From a bacterium (GTDB taxonomy: Bacteria; Bacteroidota; Ignavibacteria; Tepidaquicellales; Tepidaquicellaceae), in the NCBI GenBank assembly GCA_034439935.1, contig JAWXBH010000106.1, positions 892 through 64,891 on the forward strand: a DNA stretch of 64,000 nt, given 5' to 3'. Shown here piece after piece: positions 47,460 through 57,898 of this stretch; the stretch's first letter is position 1, and every line of letters starts with the position of its first letter. The position numbers and the translations under genes were made by a program. The notes beneath the pieces were generated by a model. It was given only the letters and a program-made list of their open reading frames with translations. It did not search any database and had not been told where the DNA came from.

Positions 47460-48567
47460 GACATTCCTGATCATCACATCTGAATTTCCTCCCGGTCCGG
47501 GTGGAATTGGTAACCATGCTTACAACCTTGCAAAGTATCTGAAAAAGAATGATCATGGAGTAAGGGTGTTAACGATATCTGATTTTACGGATAAAGATGC
47601 TGAAGAAAAATTTGACGGAGCACAGAACTTTGATGTATTTCGTTTTCCAAGATTTAAAAGCAGGGTCTGGACTTTTCTAAGGAGATTCAAAGCAATTTGG
47701 TTTACATTAAGGAATAAAAATTTTACGCATATAATTTTCTCGGGAAGATTTGCACTTATCAGCTCACTTACACTCGGAAAGTATAAGAAGAAGATAAAGT
47801 TCATTGCCGTCGCTCATGGCGGGGATATCAACCCGCAAAATTCATTTCTAAAATCCTTAGTTAAGCGCGCACTTGAGAAAATGGATCTTGTAATTCCTGT
47901 TTCAAATTTTTCAGGTTCAAAGATAACAGCTAAAATTGATAAAGAAAAAATTGTTGTAATACCTAATGGTTTTGATTTTGAAAATGAACTTATAGTAAGA
48001 GTTAAAGAGCACATAAACGGGTCATTGAATTTAGTAACTGTTGGAACTGTCTGGCCGAGAAAAGGTCACCACAATGTCCTGAAGTCATTGCCGGAAATTT
48101 TGATAAATCATCCGGACACCAAGTATAATATTATTGGACGGCTCGCTGATCTTTCAAAAGCGAAAATTTTTTTTGATGATAAAAAATTGAAATCTCACAT
48201 AAATATTTTAGGAAGCGTTACAAATGAGGAAATGCACAGGGTGCTTGAGAGATCCCAGATATTTTTGCTTCTGAGTGAAAGTCAATCCAGCGGTGATTTT
48301 GAAGGATTCGGAATCGCTGTCATCGAAGCAAATTATTTTGGACTTCCCGCAATCGGATCAAAAGGCAGCGGACTTGAGGACGCGATCAGCAACGGAGTCA
48401 GCGGCATTCTTGTTGATCCGCAAAATTCAGCGGAGGTCAGCGAAGCAGTTGAAACAATTTTGAAAGATTACAAGAGGTTCAGTGAATCAGCGCACGAATG
48501 GGCAATGAAACATCACTGGTCAAAAATCATAGAGAGGTATATTGAAGCAATCGAAAGGATAAAGTAA
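47431..48567 (+). CDS. Family 4 glycosyltransferase
   Basis: FLIITSEFPPGPGGIGNH; FEGFGIAVIEANYFGLPAIGSKGSGLEDAI. Confidence 0.8.
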   Translation: MKEIRLSGYKTFLIITSEFPPGPGGIGNHAYNLAKYLKKNDHGVRVLTISDFTDKDAEEKFDGAQNFDVFRFPRFKSRVWTFLRRFKAIWFTLRNKNFTHIIFSGRFALISSLTLGKYKKKIKFIAVAHGGDINPQNSFLKSLVKRALEKMDLVIPVSNFSGSKITAKIDKEKIVVIPNGFDFENELIVRVKEHINGSLNLVTVGTVWPRKGHHNVLKSLPEILINHPDTKYNIIGRLADLSKAKIFFDDKKLKSHINILGSVTNEEMHRVLERSQIFLLLSESQSSGDFEGFGIAVIEANYFGLPAIGSKGSGLEDAISNGVSGILVDPQNSAEVSEAVETILKDYKRFSESAHEWAMKHHWSKIIERYIEAIERIK

Positions 48568-50447
48568 TGTGCGGAATTTTAGGTTCTGTTGATTTTGAAA
48601 AAGGAGTAGCGGAAAAATATCCCGCATTGCTGAAGGGACTTGAAGCGATCAATCACCGGGGTCCTGACAGCAGCAAAAATTTAGTTTCCGGCAGTTCTTT
48701 TTTAGGTCATAACCGTCTGAGCATAATCGATCTGTCTTCCAAAGCGGATCAGCCTATGAAGTCCGCCTCAGCAGATGCTTATTTAATTTATAACGGTGAG
48801 ATCTACAATTATAAAGAACTTAAAAAAAATCTTTCAGTAAAATTTAATACAAATTCTGATTCCGAAGTGGTTCTTGAAGGATATTTAAATGAAGGAATAA
48901 ATTTTTTTAAAAAGCTCAGAGGAATTTATGCATTTGCAATTCTTGATAACAGAGCCGGGCAAAAAATTATCATAGCGAGAGATCCTTCAGGAATTAAGCC
49001 GCTTTATTTTTACAATAAAGGAAGCTTCAGTATTTTTGGAAGCGAGATAAAAGCGATCCTACCTTCTGTAAAAAAAGAAGTGAGTATAAATGAAGATGTA
49101 ATAAAATGTTATCTCAATTTAGGCTATTGCCCTGAGCCATTTACAGCATATTCACAGATCACGGCTGTCGATCCGGGATCTGTAATTGAAATAAGTAAAA
49201 ATGAAACAAAGAAAACAAAATTGATCAGCTATAGTTTTACAACGGAAAATAATTTTAATTATGATGAGAATGTAGCGGAGACGGAAGTAAGATTAAAAAA
49301 AGCTGTGGAAAGAAATCTTGTAGCTGATGTTGAAGTTGCAGTTGCTCTCAGCGGAGGTATTGATTCATCGCTGATATATGCATACGCTCACGGATCCGAC
49401 AGCAAGATAAAAGGTCTGACGATAGGGTTTGATGACAAGGATTATAATGAAGCGGATATTGCTAAAATTTATTCAGATACGATGAAAGGTAATCATGAGC
49501 TTGTTGAGGTTGATTTGGAGCTGAATCTTGATACACTAAATAAAATCCTGCTGGACTTTGATCAGCCGTATGCGGACTCATCAGCAATTAATGTCTACTA
49601 TTTAACGAAAGCCACAGGCAAGATAACAAAAGTCCTGATTGGCGGAGACGGTGGTGATGAGCTTTATAACGGCTATCCGTCAATGACATGGCTGACTTAC
49701 ATTGACAAGCTTAACAAAAATATGTTCACAAGAAACAGCGGTGAAGCTATATTAAGCATAGCACAAAAATTTTCAAATCCTTCACAGGGAAGACTGGTAA
49801 AGCGGATAGCGGATCTTTGGTCTGACAAGCCGCACGAACTCCTGTATGACTGGCACTCATGGTTTCCAAGAAAAACAAATTTTCAGAATGCGAGCCCTTT
49901 TCTGTTTGATACAAATGCAGGACTGAATTTATACCAATCCATATTTCCTGAAGAGATACCGGAAAATTTCAAACACTATGTTGTCTTTGATTATTTCCGT
50001 AAAACAATGCTTGGAGATTACTTAAGGAAAACGGATATGATGTCTATGCTTAACCATGTGGAATACCGTGTGCCTGTTCTCGATGAAGATCTTGTGAGCT
50101 TTGCACTGACAATTCCATTTGATCAGAAGTCATCTTTAAAGGAATCAAAAAAAATATTAAGGACGATACACAGAAAAATTTATCCTGAAAAGACAAGCCG
50201 TATTGCAAAGAAAGGTTTTACCATCCCGCTTGATACATCACTTTCAAAGGACGATTTTGAAGTAATAAAAAATGAGCTTTTGAAAAGTGGAAATATCGTG
50301 AATGAATATGTCAAAAAGGATTACGTTAAATTTCTTTTTACATCTTTGAATGACAGAGAAGGCGCTTCTGAAGATATAAGCCGGGCAGGAATTTATCAAA
50401 GAATATTGATGCTATACAGCCTGAGCTTATGGAACGATCAAAAATGA
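48567..50447 (+). CDS. asnB: Asparagine synthase (glutamine-hydrolysing) family amidotransferase
   Basis: MCGI N-terminal nucleophile Cys2, HRGPD, SDSEV, PP-loop ALSGGIDSS. Confidence 0.85.
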   Translation: MCGILGSVDFEKGVAEKYPALLKGLEAINHRGPDSSKNLVSGSSFLGHNRLSIIDLSSKADQPMKSASADAYLIYNGEIYNYKELKKNLSVKFNTNSDSEVVLEGYLNEGINFFKKLRGIYAFAILDNRAGQKIIIARDPSGIKPLYFYNKGSFSIFGSEIKAILPSVKKEVSINEDVIKCYLNLGYCPEPFTAYSQITAVDPGSVIEISKNETKKTKLISYSFTTENNFNYDENVAETEVRLKKAVERNLVADVEVAVALSGGIDSSLIYAYAHGSDSKIKGLTIGFDDKDYNEADIAKIYSDTMKGNHELVEVDLELNLDTLNKILLDFDQPYADSSAINVYYLTKATGKITKVLIGGDGGDELYNGYPSMTWLTYIDKLNKNMFTRNSGEAILSIAQKFSNPSQGRLVKRIADLWSDKPHELLYDWHSWFPRKTNFQNASPFLFDTNAGLNLYQSIFPEEIPENFKHYVVFDYFRKTMLGDYLRKTDMMSMLNHVEYRVPVLDEDLVSFALTIPFDQKSSLKESKKILRTIHRKIYPEKTSRIAKKGFTIPLDTSLSKDDFEVIKNELLKSGNIVNEYVKKDYVKFLFTSLNDREGASEDISRAGIYQRILMLYSLSLWNDQK

Positions 50448-51565
50448 AACTGGCAATCATTTCACATACGCCACATTATAAAAAAGATAATTCAGTAAGC
50501 GGCTGGGGTCCTACCATTCGTGAAATAAATCAGTTAACCGGAATCTTTACCGAAATATATCATATAGCGCCGCTTCATTCAGGCGATCCTCCGGGAAGTT
50601 CAATGAAATATGAGAGTGATACAATCAAGTTAGTACCTTTAAAAGCATACGGCGGAGAAAAATTTACAGATAAGATATCTGTTTTTACCACAGCATATTA
50701 TAATTTAAAACAAATAAAAAAAATTATAGATAAAGTTGACTGGGTTCAGTTCAGAGCGCCAACAGCTATGGGCTTATATGTTCTTCCTTATTTAAGCTTA
50801 AGAAAAGATCCCAAACGCTGGGTGAAGTATGCGGGCAACTGGAAGATGGACGATGCACCGGTTTCGTACAGGTTTCAAAGATGGTGGCTTAGGAAAAATT
50901 TTCAACATTCAAAAGTCACTATCAACGGGCAATGGGAAGGTCAGGAAAGCCACATACTTAATTTTCAGAATCCATGCCTTGATAATAAAGAACTCGTCAG
51001 AGCAATGAATATTGCACATAAAAAGGATTTTTACGGAAAGCTCAACATTTGTTTTGCCGGATCATTGACAAGGAACAAGGGTGTGGAAATAATTATCGAT
51101 GCATTGAAGAAAATTAAATCTTCAGATCAGATAGGCGAATTTATTTTTGCCGGTGACGGCTCTGAAAGGAAAAAGTTTGAAGATGAATCCAAAGACATTA
51201 AGTTAAAAATTTCTTTTAAGGGATTCCTGAACAGAACTGAACTCGAGCAAGTGTATAAAGATTCTCATATAATTTTACTGCCTAGTGAATCGGAAGGTTT
51301 CCCAAAGGTTATTGCCGAAGCCGCTGCTTATGGCTGCGTGCCTATAGTCTCGGATGTCTCATCGATCAGCATGTACTTTAATGACAGCAATGGATTTTTG
51401 CTGGACAAAATTGACAGCAATGAGCTATCGGAGAAAATTGAATCGGCATTAAATGACAGAGATACATTGAAAAAAAAATCTGACGCCGCTGTTAAAGTTG
51501 CAGGACTGTTTACCTTTGAAAATTATATCCGTAATCTTAAAGAAAAAATTTTAACAGATCAATAA
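50444..51565 (+). CDS. Family 4 glycosyltransferase
   Basis: SEGFPKVIAEAAAYGCVPIVSDVSSI. The ATG at 50444 forms an ATGA overlap with the asnB stop; the ORF-track start at 50429 is less likely. Confidence 0.75.
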   Translation: MKLAIISHTPHYKKDNSVSGWGPTIREINQLTGIFTEIYHIAPLHSGDPPGSSMKYESDTIKLVPLKAYGGEKFTDKISVFTTAYYNLKQIKKIIDKVDWVQFRAPTAMGLYVLPYLSLRKDPKRWVKYAGNWKMDDAPVSYRFQRWWLRKNFQHSKVTINGQWEGQESHILNFQNPCLDNKELVRAMNIAHKKDFYGKLNICFAGSLTRNKGVEIIIDALKKIKSSDQIGEFIFAGDGSERKKFEDESKDIKLKISFKGFLNRTELEQVYKDSHIILLPSESEGFPKVIAEAAAYGCVPIVSDVSSISMYFNDSNGFLLDKIDSNELSEKIESALNDRDTLKKKSDAAVKVAGLFTFENYIRNLKEKILTDQ

Positions 51566-51631
51566 CTTTTATATTTACATTAATTCTTACCAATTATTGC
51601 GTTATTTTGACAAGAAAAATTACAATCAGTA

Positions 51632-52969
51632 TTGAAGAATTCACTCTATAAAGCCGAGATTTATTTATTGATCAATATCGGGCTTGCGGTTGCACTTCTT
51701 TTCAACCCCAGACTCAGCACGATATTCTCAGTGATCATAATCATCTACGGAGTCTTCCGTATTTTTAATAAAAAAAATGTAGATGGCTTTGCTCACATTG
51801 TTGCTGCTTACATTGTAGGTATAGAAGTATTGTTCAGAATGAATTCCGGAGGGTTTGGATATGAATATGGAAAATATGCTACTATGCTTTTTTTAATATT
51901 AGGTATACTTGTTGGTAAGTATAAGAAAAAAATTCCAAATGTATTTGTTGTTTTTATTCTGCTGATGTTCCCATCGCTTTTTTTCGCAGAATACTCTTCA
52001 TTCGAATTCGCCAGACAGATGGTTTCATTTAATGTTGCCGGTCCGATTTGTCTTGGTGTTGCAGCAATTTACTTTTACCAAAGGAAAATAAGCATTGTTG
52101 AATTCAGGAAAATATTACTGGCGTTGCTTTATCCTATTGTAGCCATGACTTTTTTCGTTTATTTCAGATCAGGTTCACTGGAGGATGTTAAGTTTACGAC
52201 TGAATCTAATTTTCTTACCAGCGGCGGATTTGGACCGAACCAGGTATCGACTATTTTCGGACTTGGGATACTTATAATTGGTATCGCCTATTTCCTTAAC
52301 ATACGATTATTCCGTATCAGATATTTGGATACATTTCTTCTTCTTATGTTTTTGGTCAGGGGTTTAGCAACCTTTTCAAGAGGAGGAATGCTTGCCCCCA
52401 TCGTTGCGATCATTATATGCTTAATAGTTATGACTTTAACCAACCCGAATTTTCAAAAGAGGATTGGCAAAGTGGTATATGCTTTTTTGGTAATATTTGT
52501 TTTGGGCTTCATGGGATTTTATTATGTTAATGAAGTCAGCGGCGGCTTGCTTGAGATGAGATTCAAAGGCGAGTCCATGTATAACAAGGAAAAAAATAAC
52601 ATGTTCAGCGGACGTGAAGAAATTTTTAGTGAAGATTTGGAAATATTTAAAGATAATGTTTTAACGGGAGTAGGTCCGGGACTTGCCGGTGAAAAGAGGG
52701 AAGAAATGACGGGAATTATGGCAGCAGCTCATATTGAATATTCAAGACTTCTTGCTGAACACGGGATATTTGGAATGATCGCGATTTTAATTATAATACT
52801 AGTCCCAATTAAAGTTTTTTTCCAATTGAAATCAACGGATGATAAAATACTGCTCATTCTTTGTGTAGTATTTGTTTATGTCACACTGGGACATGCGGCT
52901 ATGCGGACGGCTGCCCCCGGATTCATTTTCGGGCTCGCGTTTATAAATATCATCCGGAAAAGGCAATGA
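51632..52969 (+). CDS. O-antigen polymerase/ligase family (Wzy_C) membrane protein
   Basis: About 10 or more hydrophobic helices. FSRGGMLAP and AAHIEYSRLLAEHGIFG match the Wzy_C/WaaL loop motif (H..Y...L.E.G..G). TTG start. Confidence 0.65.
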   Translation: MKNSLYKAEIYLLINIGLAVALLFNPRLSTIFSVIIIIYGVFRIFNKKNVDGFAHIVAAYIVGIEVLFRMNSGGFGYEYGKYATMLFLILGILVGKYKKKIPNVFVVFILLMFPSLFFAEYSSFEFARQMVSFNVAGPICLGVAAIYFYQRKISIVEFRKILLALLYPIVAMTFFVYFRSGSLEDVKFTTESNFLTSGGFGPNQVSTIFGLGILIIGIAYFLNIRLFRIRYLDTFLLLMFLVRGLATFSRGGMLAPIVAIIICLIVMTLTNPNFQKRIGKVVYAFLVIFVLGFMGFYYVNEVSGGLLEMRFKGESMYNKEKNNMFSGREEIFSEDLEIFKDNVLTGVGPGLAGEKREEMTGIMAAAHIEYSRLLAEHGIFGMIAILIIILVPIKVFFQLKSTDDKILLILCVVFVYVTLGHAAMRTAAPGFIFGLAFINIIRKRQ

Positions 52970-54003
52970 TCCTTTATGCCGGTAACATCCTTTCGAAATT
53001 CGGTTTTACACCGACCTTCATTGAACAGCTAACACCCAAGCTTTCACAACGATATGAAATAAAGTCTGTTTCAGAAAAGAAAAATCAGGGGCTCAGACTA
53101 TTGGACATGGTTTCGGTTTTCATGAAAAACAAAAAAAAGATCAGGTTGGTTATGATCGATTCTTACAGCAGGCGTGCATTCTGGTACACATACATTCTTG
53201 CGAAGTTGTGCAATCATTATAAGGTCAGCTACATACCTTTATTAAGAGGCGGTGGATATCCTGACCGTCTGAAAGAATCACCTGAGTTGTGCAGGTTTAT
53301 TTTTTCAAATTCCGCTGTAAATATTTCTCCGTCATTTTATTTAAAGAAGCATTTTGAAGATGCGGGCTTTACAGTTGATTACATTCCCAATTTTATTCCG
53401 ATAGAGAATTATCCATTCAAAAAGCGACGCAATATAAGACCGAAACTGTTTTGGGTAAGATCGTTTCATGAAATTTACAATCCTGTTCTTGCTGTGGAAA
53501 TATTGAGTAAGTTGAAGAAGAAATATCCCGATGCCGAACTTTGCATGGTTGGACCTGATAAGGACGGATCAATTGAAAAAGTAAAAGCTAAAGCGTTAAC
53601 AGAAGGAGTAAGTGATTCATTGAAATTAACCGGCAAGCTTACAAAACAAGAATGGATAGAGCTGTCTTCCCAATATGATATCTTTATCAATACAACTGAT
53701 TTTGATAATCATCCTGTAAGTGTGATCGAAGCAATGGCAGCGGGTCTTCCGGTAATATCAACTGATGTAGGCGGACTTCCTTATTTAATAAATAATAATA
53801 CTGACGGAGTATTAGTGCCGCCCGGAAATCCTGAAAGATTTGTGAAAGAAGTTGAAAGACTGATAAATGATCCTGACTTTACAGAAATGATCTCGGTTAA
53901 TGGCAGAAAAACTGTTGAAGAATTTGACTGGGAAATTGTAAAGAAAAAATGGTTTGGTGTAATTGATAAAATTGTTGAGCCGCGAATAAATGGAGCACTA
54001 TGA
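52966..54003 (+). CDS. Family 4 glycosyltransferase
   Basis: DNHPVSVIEAMAAGLPVISTDVGGLPYLI. The ATG at 52966 (ATGA overlap) is preferred over the long ORF-track extension from 52861. Confidence 0.8.
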   Translation: MILYAGNILSKFGFTPTFIEQLTPKLSQRYEIKSVSEKKNQGLRLLDMVSVFMKNKKKIRLVMIDSYSRRAFWYTYILAKLCNHYKVSYIPLLRGGGYPDRLKESPELCRFIFSNSAVNISPSFYLKKHFEDAGFTVDYIPNFIPIENYPFKKRRNIRPKLFWVRSFHEIYNPVLAVEILSKLKKKYPDAELCMVGPDKDGSIEKVKAKALTEGVSDSLKLTGKLTKQEWIELSSQYDIFINTTDFDNHPVSVIEAMAAGLPVISTDVGGLPYLINNNTDGVLVPPGNPERFVKEVERLINDPDFTEMISVNGRKTVEEFDWEIVKKKWFGVIDKIVEPRINGAL

Positions 54004-56678
54004 TCTACAATAAATTTCTTGAAAATATTTTTCTTCCCGCAGGTGATTTTGTAGTAGGAACAAATTTTGCCAATGAGCTGAAGAAGTGGAGAAAGATCGT
54101 CCGTTATGATAAAAAGAAAATTAAAGAGATACAGAAAGTGAATCTGCATAATCAGCTAACTTACTGCAAAAGAAAAATTCCTTTTTATAAAAAGCTCAAT
54201 TTACCGGACATTGACGATCCTTATGAAATGATAAAATATTTCCCTGTGATGAATAAAAAAGATATCAGGGAAAATCTTGATGATCTTGTTATCGGTGACC
54301 TCTCAAAGCTGATCAAAGAGTCAAGCAGCGGTTCATCAGGAATTCAGGGAACGGTATACATGACAAAAGCGGAAGAGTCTGTGAACAGGGCAATACAGGT
54401 ATTATGGTGGGAATGGGCAGGATATAAAATTGGTGATAAGATAATTCAGACGGGAATGAATCATAAAAGAAATTATGAGAAGCAAATAAAAGATTTTCTG
54501 TTTCAGACGGACTATTACATCGCATTCGGTCTGGATAAAGATAAAATACAGGCAGCACTTGAGAAACAGAGGACCAATCCGAGGAAAATGCTTTTAGGTT
54601 ATGCCTCCTCGCTTTATCTCTTTGCAAAAGTAGCTAATGAGCTGAACTATAATGATATACATTTTGAAAGCGTAGTTAGCTGGGGTGATAAGATGTTTGA
54701 ACATTATAAAAAATTAATTGAATCACAATTCGGCACAAAAGTTTATGATACATACGCATGCACAGAAGGTTTTATGATATCTGCACAATGCGAAAATGGT
54801 AACTATCATATAATGTCCCCGCAGATTTATCTGGAAATTCTTGATGCTGATAATAATGAAGTTAAGGATGGAGAGTTTGGAAGCGTAGTAGTAACAAGGC
54901 TCGACAGCCGCGCAATGCCACTGGTGAGATATTCGCTCGGCGACCTTGCAGTAAAAGAGAGTGAAGATAAGACCTGCAGTTGCGGCAGAGGTCTGCCATT
55001 GCTAAGGAACATAGTCGGCAGAGATACTGATATTGTAAAAACATTTACCGGAAAGTACATGATTGTTCATTTCTTCACGGCAATTTTTGAACATATTCCG
55101 GAAATCGAACAGTTCAGGGTGATACAAAGAAATCTTGATGAAATTGAAATCGAATATATCAAAGCTAAAAATTTCAATTTGCATGTATTGGATAAAATTG
55201 AGAATCAGATATATGATTACCTCGGAGAAAGGATCAAAATTATTTTTAAGGAGGTCAGCAGGATACCCGCCTCGCTATCAGGAAAACCTCAGATAATCCT
55301 CAGTCTTTTGAATAAAAGCTCACAAGATCAGGTACCGGTTTTTGAAAACAAAAAACCGGAAGTTTCAAAAAAATCAAATTCGCTTTTTGAGCTTACACTT
55401 AAGATGAAGGGTTTTCCGATACAGGAAGCCGTAGATGAGCTTCAAAGGATCAGGGGATTTTCACAGGATGAATTCAGGAAATGGCAGTCAGAGAAAAAAT
55501 GGGAAACAGTAAAGCATCACTTTGAGCTTAATGATTTTTATAAAAATAAAATAGGTGATACGCTGCCAATTAACTGGAACGAGCTTCCAATACTTTCAAA
55601 GAGTGACTATCAGAACGCCAAAGAGAGTACTATCTCAAGAGATGTTAAACACAGTGATCTTTATACAGGGTATACTTCAGGTTCCTCAGGGCATCCTTTC
55701 CGTTACGCCAAGGATAAATTTTCACACGCAATGACATGGGCTTTGATAAAAAACAGATACGGCAGTCTCGATCTGACGCTAGATTCAAAGCAGGCAAGAT
55801 TTTACGGAATTCCTTTTGAAAAGCTGGACTATATGAAGGAGAAGACAAAAGATTTCTTGTCCAACAGAGTCAGATTTTCTGTATTTGATTTATCGGATGA
55901 TGTTCTGGAAACATTTTTAGAAAAATTTAAGACAACCAAGTTTGAGTATGTTTACGGATATACAAATTCCATGGTTTTGTTTGCCCGGTATCTTATAAGG
56001 AAAAAAGTAATTCTTAAAAAGATATGTCCTACTTTGAAAGTATGCATTGGTACGTCAGAGAACTTTACGGAAGAAGATAAGAAAATTATCCGTGAAGGAT
56101 TCGGAGTTCCTACAGTCAATGAATACGGCACCTCCGAAGTCGATATAATTGCAATGGAAGACATAAACGGGGAATGGAGAATTTCTGAAGAGAACATTTA
56201 CATTGAGGTCATTGATGATGAAGGTAATCCTGTAACCGAAGGCGGTGAGGGCAGAATAATACTTACAGCGCTTCACAATACAGTCATGCCGTTCATTCGT
56301 TATGAGATCGGTGACAGAGCGATCGTAAAACCGTCTAAAGATAAGATTATAATACAAAGCCTGATAGGCGGAGTGAATGATATTATAATCTTACCGAGTG
56401 GTAAGAAATCTCCCGGAATAACATTTTATTTTATCACAAGAAGCATACTTGAAAATATAGGAACATTGAAAGAGTTTATTATCAAACAGGTCGAGCTGAA
56501 TAAATTTATTTTCGAGATTGTATCAGATGAAGAGATATCGGACAAGGATAAGAATACATTGCAAAAAAAAATGGATGCTTATCTTGAGCCGGGTCTGACT
56601 TTTGAAATTAAGAGAGTTGATAAAATTGAGAGAACTAAAGCCGGTAAGATGAAACATTTTCATTCTTTTCTGAAATAA
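54000..56678 (+). CDS. Tandem (two-module) CapK/PaaK-like adenylate-forming enzyme
   Basis: Two complete modules. Module 1: SSGSSGIQG, YACTEG, RYSLGD, CSCGRG, SGKPQ. Module 2: TSGSSGHPF, EYGTSE, RYEIGD, AGKMKH. Each is about 440 aa, the normal size of a stand-alone CapK/phenylacetate-CoA-ligase-like protein. Confidence 0.7.
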   Translation: MIYNKFLENIFLPAGDFVVGTNFANELKKWRKIVRYDKKKIKEIQKVNLHNQLTYCKRKIPFYKKLNLPDIDDPYEMIKYFPVMNKKDIRENLDDLVIGDLSKLIKESSSGSSGIQGTVYMTKAEESVNRAIQVLWWEWAGYKIGDKIIQTGMNHKRNYEKQIKDFLFQTDYYIAFGLDKDKIQAALEKQRTNPRKMLLGYASSLYLFAKVANELNYNDIHFESVVSWGDKMFEHYKKLIESQFGTKVYDTYACTEGFMISAQCENGNYHIMSPQIYLEILDADNNEVKDGEFGSVVVTRLDSRAMPLVRYSLGDLAVKESEDKTCSCGRGLPLLRNIVGRDTDIVKTFTGKYMIVHFFTAIFEHIPEIEQFRVIQRNLDEIEIEYIKAKNFNLHVLDKIENQIYDYLGERIKIIFKEVSRIPASLSGKPQIILSLLNKSSQDQVPVFENKKPEVSKKSNSLFELTLKMKGFPIQEAVDELQRIRGFSQDEFRKWQSEKKWETVKHHFELNDFYKNKIGDTLPINWNELPILSKSDYQNAKESTISRDVKHSDLYTGYTSGSSGHPFRYAKDKFSHAMTWALIKNRYGSLDLTLDSKQARFYGIPFEKLDYMKEKTKDFLSNRVRFSVFDLSDDVLETFLEKFKTTKFEYVYGYTNSMVLFARYLIRKKVILKKICPTLKVCIGTSENFTEEDKKIIREGFGVPTVNEYGTSEVDIIAMEDINGEWRISEENIYIEVIDDEGNPVTEGGEGRIILTALHNTVMPFIRYEIGDRAIVKPSKDKIIIQSLIGGVNDIIILPSGKKSPGITFYFITRSILENIGTLKEFIIKQVELNKFIFEIVSDEEISDKDKNTLQKKMDAYLEPGLTFEIKRVDKIERTKAGKMKHFHSFLK

Positions 56679-56686
56679 GTGACTGA

Positions 56687-57898
56687 ATGAAAATTGTAAT
56701 TTTATCACAATACTTTTACCCTGAGACCGGAGCGCCTCAAAACCGCTTGCTGGAATTATCCAGAATATTTCAAAAAAATAATCATGAAGTACTGGTAATC
56801 ACAGCAATGCCGAATTACCCGAAAGGAAGGATCTATGATGAATACAGAAATAAGTTAGCATGCAGTGAAATTGAAGACGGAATTAAAATCAACAGGTACA
56901 TTTTGTTTGCTTCAAATTCATCGAAGAAGATACCGAGAATTATTTCAATGTTGTCGTTTTCTTTTACCAGCTTGTTCAGTGTTTTTAAGATCAGAAGATT
57001 AAAGCCTGATTTTATTTTTGTGGAAAGTCCTCCGCTTACATTGGGCATCAGCGCTTTTATACTTTCAAAATTTTCCGGGTCAAAGATGATAATGAATGTA
57101 TCAGACATCTGGCCATTATCAGCAAAAGAACTTGGTTATATGAGTGACGGATTTCTTTACAAAAAACTTGAAAGCCTTGAGAAGTTTCTTTATAAAAGAT
57201 CTTTCCTTTGCACGGGACAGTCGGAAGAGATCATAACACATGTAAAAAACAGCGGAGCAAAAAATACTTACCTGTTCAGAAATGGAGTGGATGTAAACAG
57301 ATTTGCCGACTCCGAATTGCCGGTAAAAAAAGAAGCCGGCTTCAAAATAGTATATGCCGGGCTGCTTGGAGTCGCACAGGGAATACTTGATATAATCAAA
57401 AATGTAAATTTTAAAGCGCTGAATTGTGAGTTTCATATTTACGGTGAAGGTGCTGAACGTAAACAAGTCGGAGATTACCTGACGGGAAATGCAGATACAA
57501 ATATTTTTCTTCATGAAAGTGTAAACAGAGAAGCTATTCCTGAACTGCTGGGGAAATTTGACTGTACTATAATTCCTCTTGTGAGTAATATTTACGGCGC
57601 AGTGCCTTCAAAAATTTATGAAGCAATGGCAGCCGGATTGCCGGTACTTTTTTCAGGATCGGGTGAAGGTGCGAAAATAATTGAGGAAAGTAGAACCGGA
57701 CTGGTAAATTCACCGCGTGACTTTGACGGATTAACTAAAAATATTTCAGAGATAAAAGATAATACAGAGTTAAGACAAGCTATGTCAGTAAACGGGAAGA
57801 AAACAGCGATGGAAAAATTTGACAGGAATAAACTGATAAGTGATTTTTCGGATAAGCTTGTTGAACTTCAGAAAAATTTCAGTGATGTACGAAATTAA
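56687..57898 (+). CDS. Family 4 glycosyltransferase (WbuB-like)
   Basis: MKIVILSQYFYPETGAPQNRLLEL...PNYPKG N-terminus is typical of WbuB-type GT4 enzymes. Confidence 0.8.
   Translation: MKIVILSQYFYPETGAPQNRLLELSRIFQKNNHEVLVITAMPNYPKGRIYDEYRNKLACSEIEDGIKINRYILFASNSSKKIPRIISMLSFSFTSLFSVFKIRRLKPDFIFVESPPLTLGISAFILSKFSGSKMIMNVSDIWPLSAKELGYMSDGFLYKKLESLEKFLYKRSFLCTGQSEEIITHVKNSGAKNTYLFRNGVDVNRFADSELPVKKEAGFKIVYAGLLGVAQGILDIIKNVNFKALNCEFHIYGEGAERKQVGDYLTGNADTNIFLHESVNREAIPELLGKFDCTIIPLVSNIYGAVPSKIYEAMAAGLPVLFSGSGEGAKIIEESRTGLVNSPRDFDGLTKNISEIKDNTELRQAMSVNGKKTAMEKFDRNKLISDFSDKLVELQKNFSDVRN

Noticed and set aside
52861-52965. Long N-terminal extensions suggested by the ORF track for 52861-54003, 57840-58544, 62026-62883, 50429-51565 and 2286-3698
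   Set aside because: The extensions overlap the 3' end of the preceding gene by 15-109 nt and encode non-conserved sequence. Internal ATGs (52966, 57885, 62089/62095, 50444, 2313) give typical family N-termini. Several also form the ATGA-type overlaps seen elsewhere in the locus.
54000-56678. Possibility that the 892-aa double CapK-like ORF is an assembly duplication artefact
   Set aside because: The two halves differ at most positions and share only the family motifs (SSGSSG versus TSGSSG, RYSLGD versus RYEIGD). A collapsed or duplicated repeat would be near-identical at the nucleotide level.
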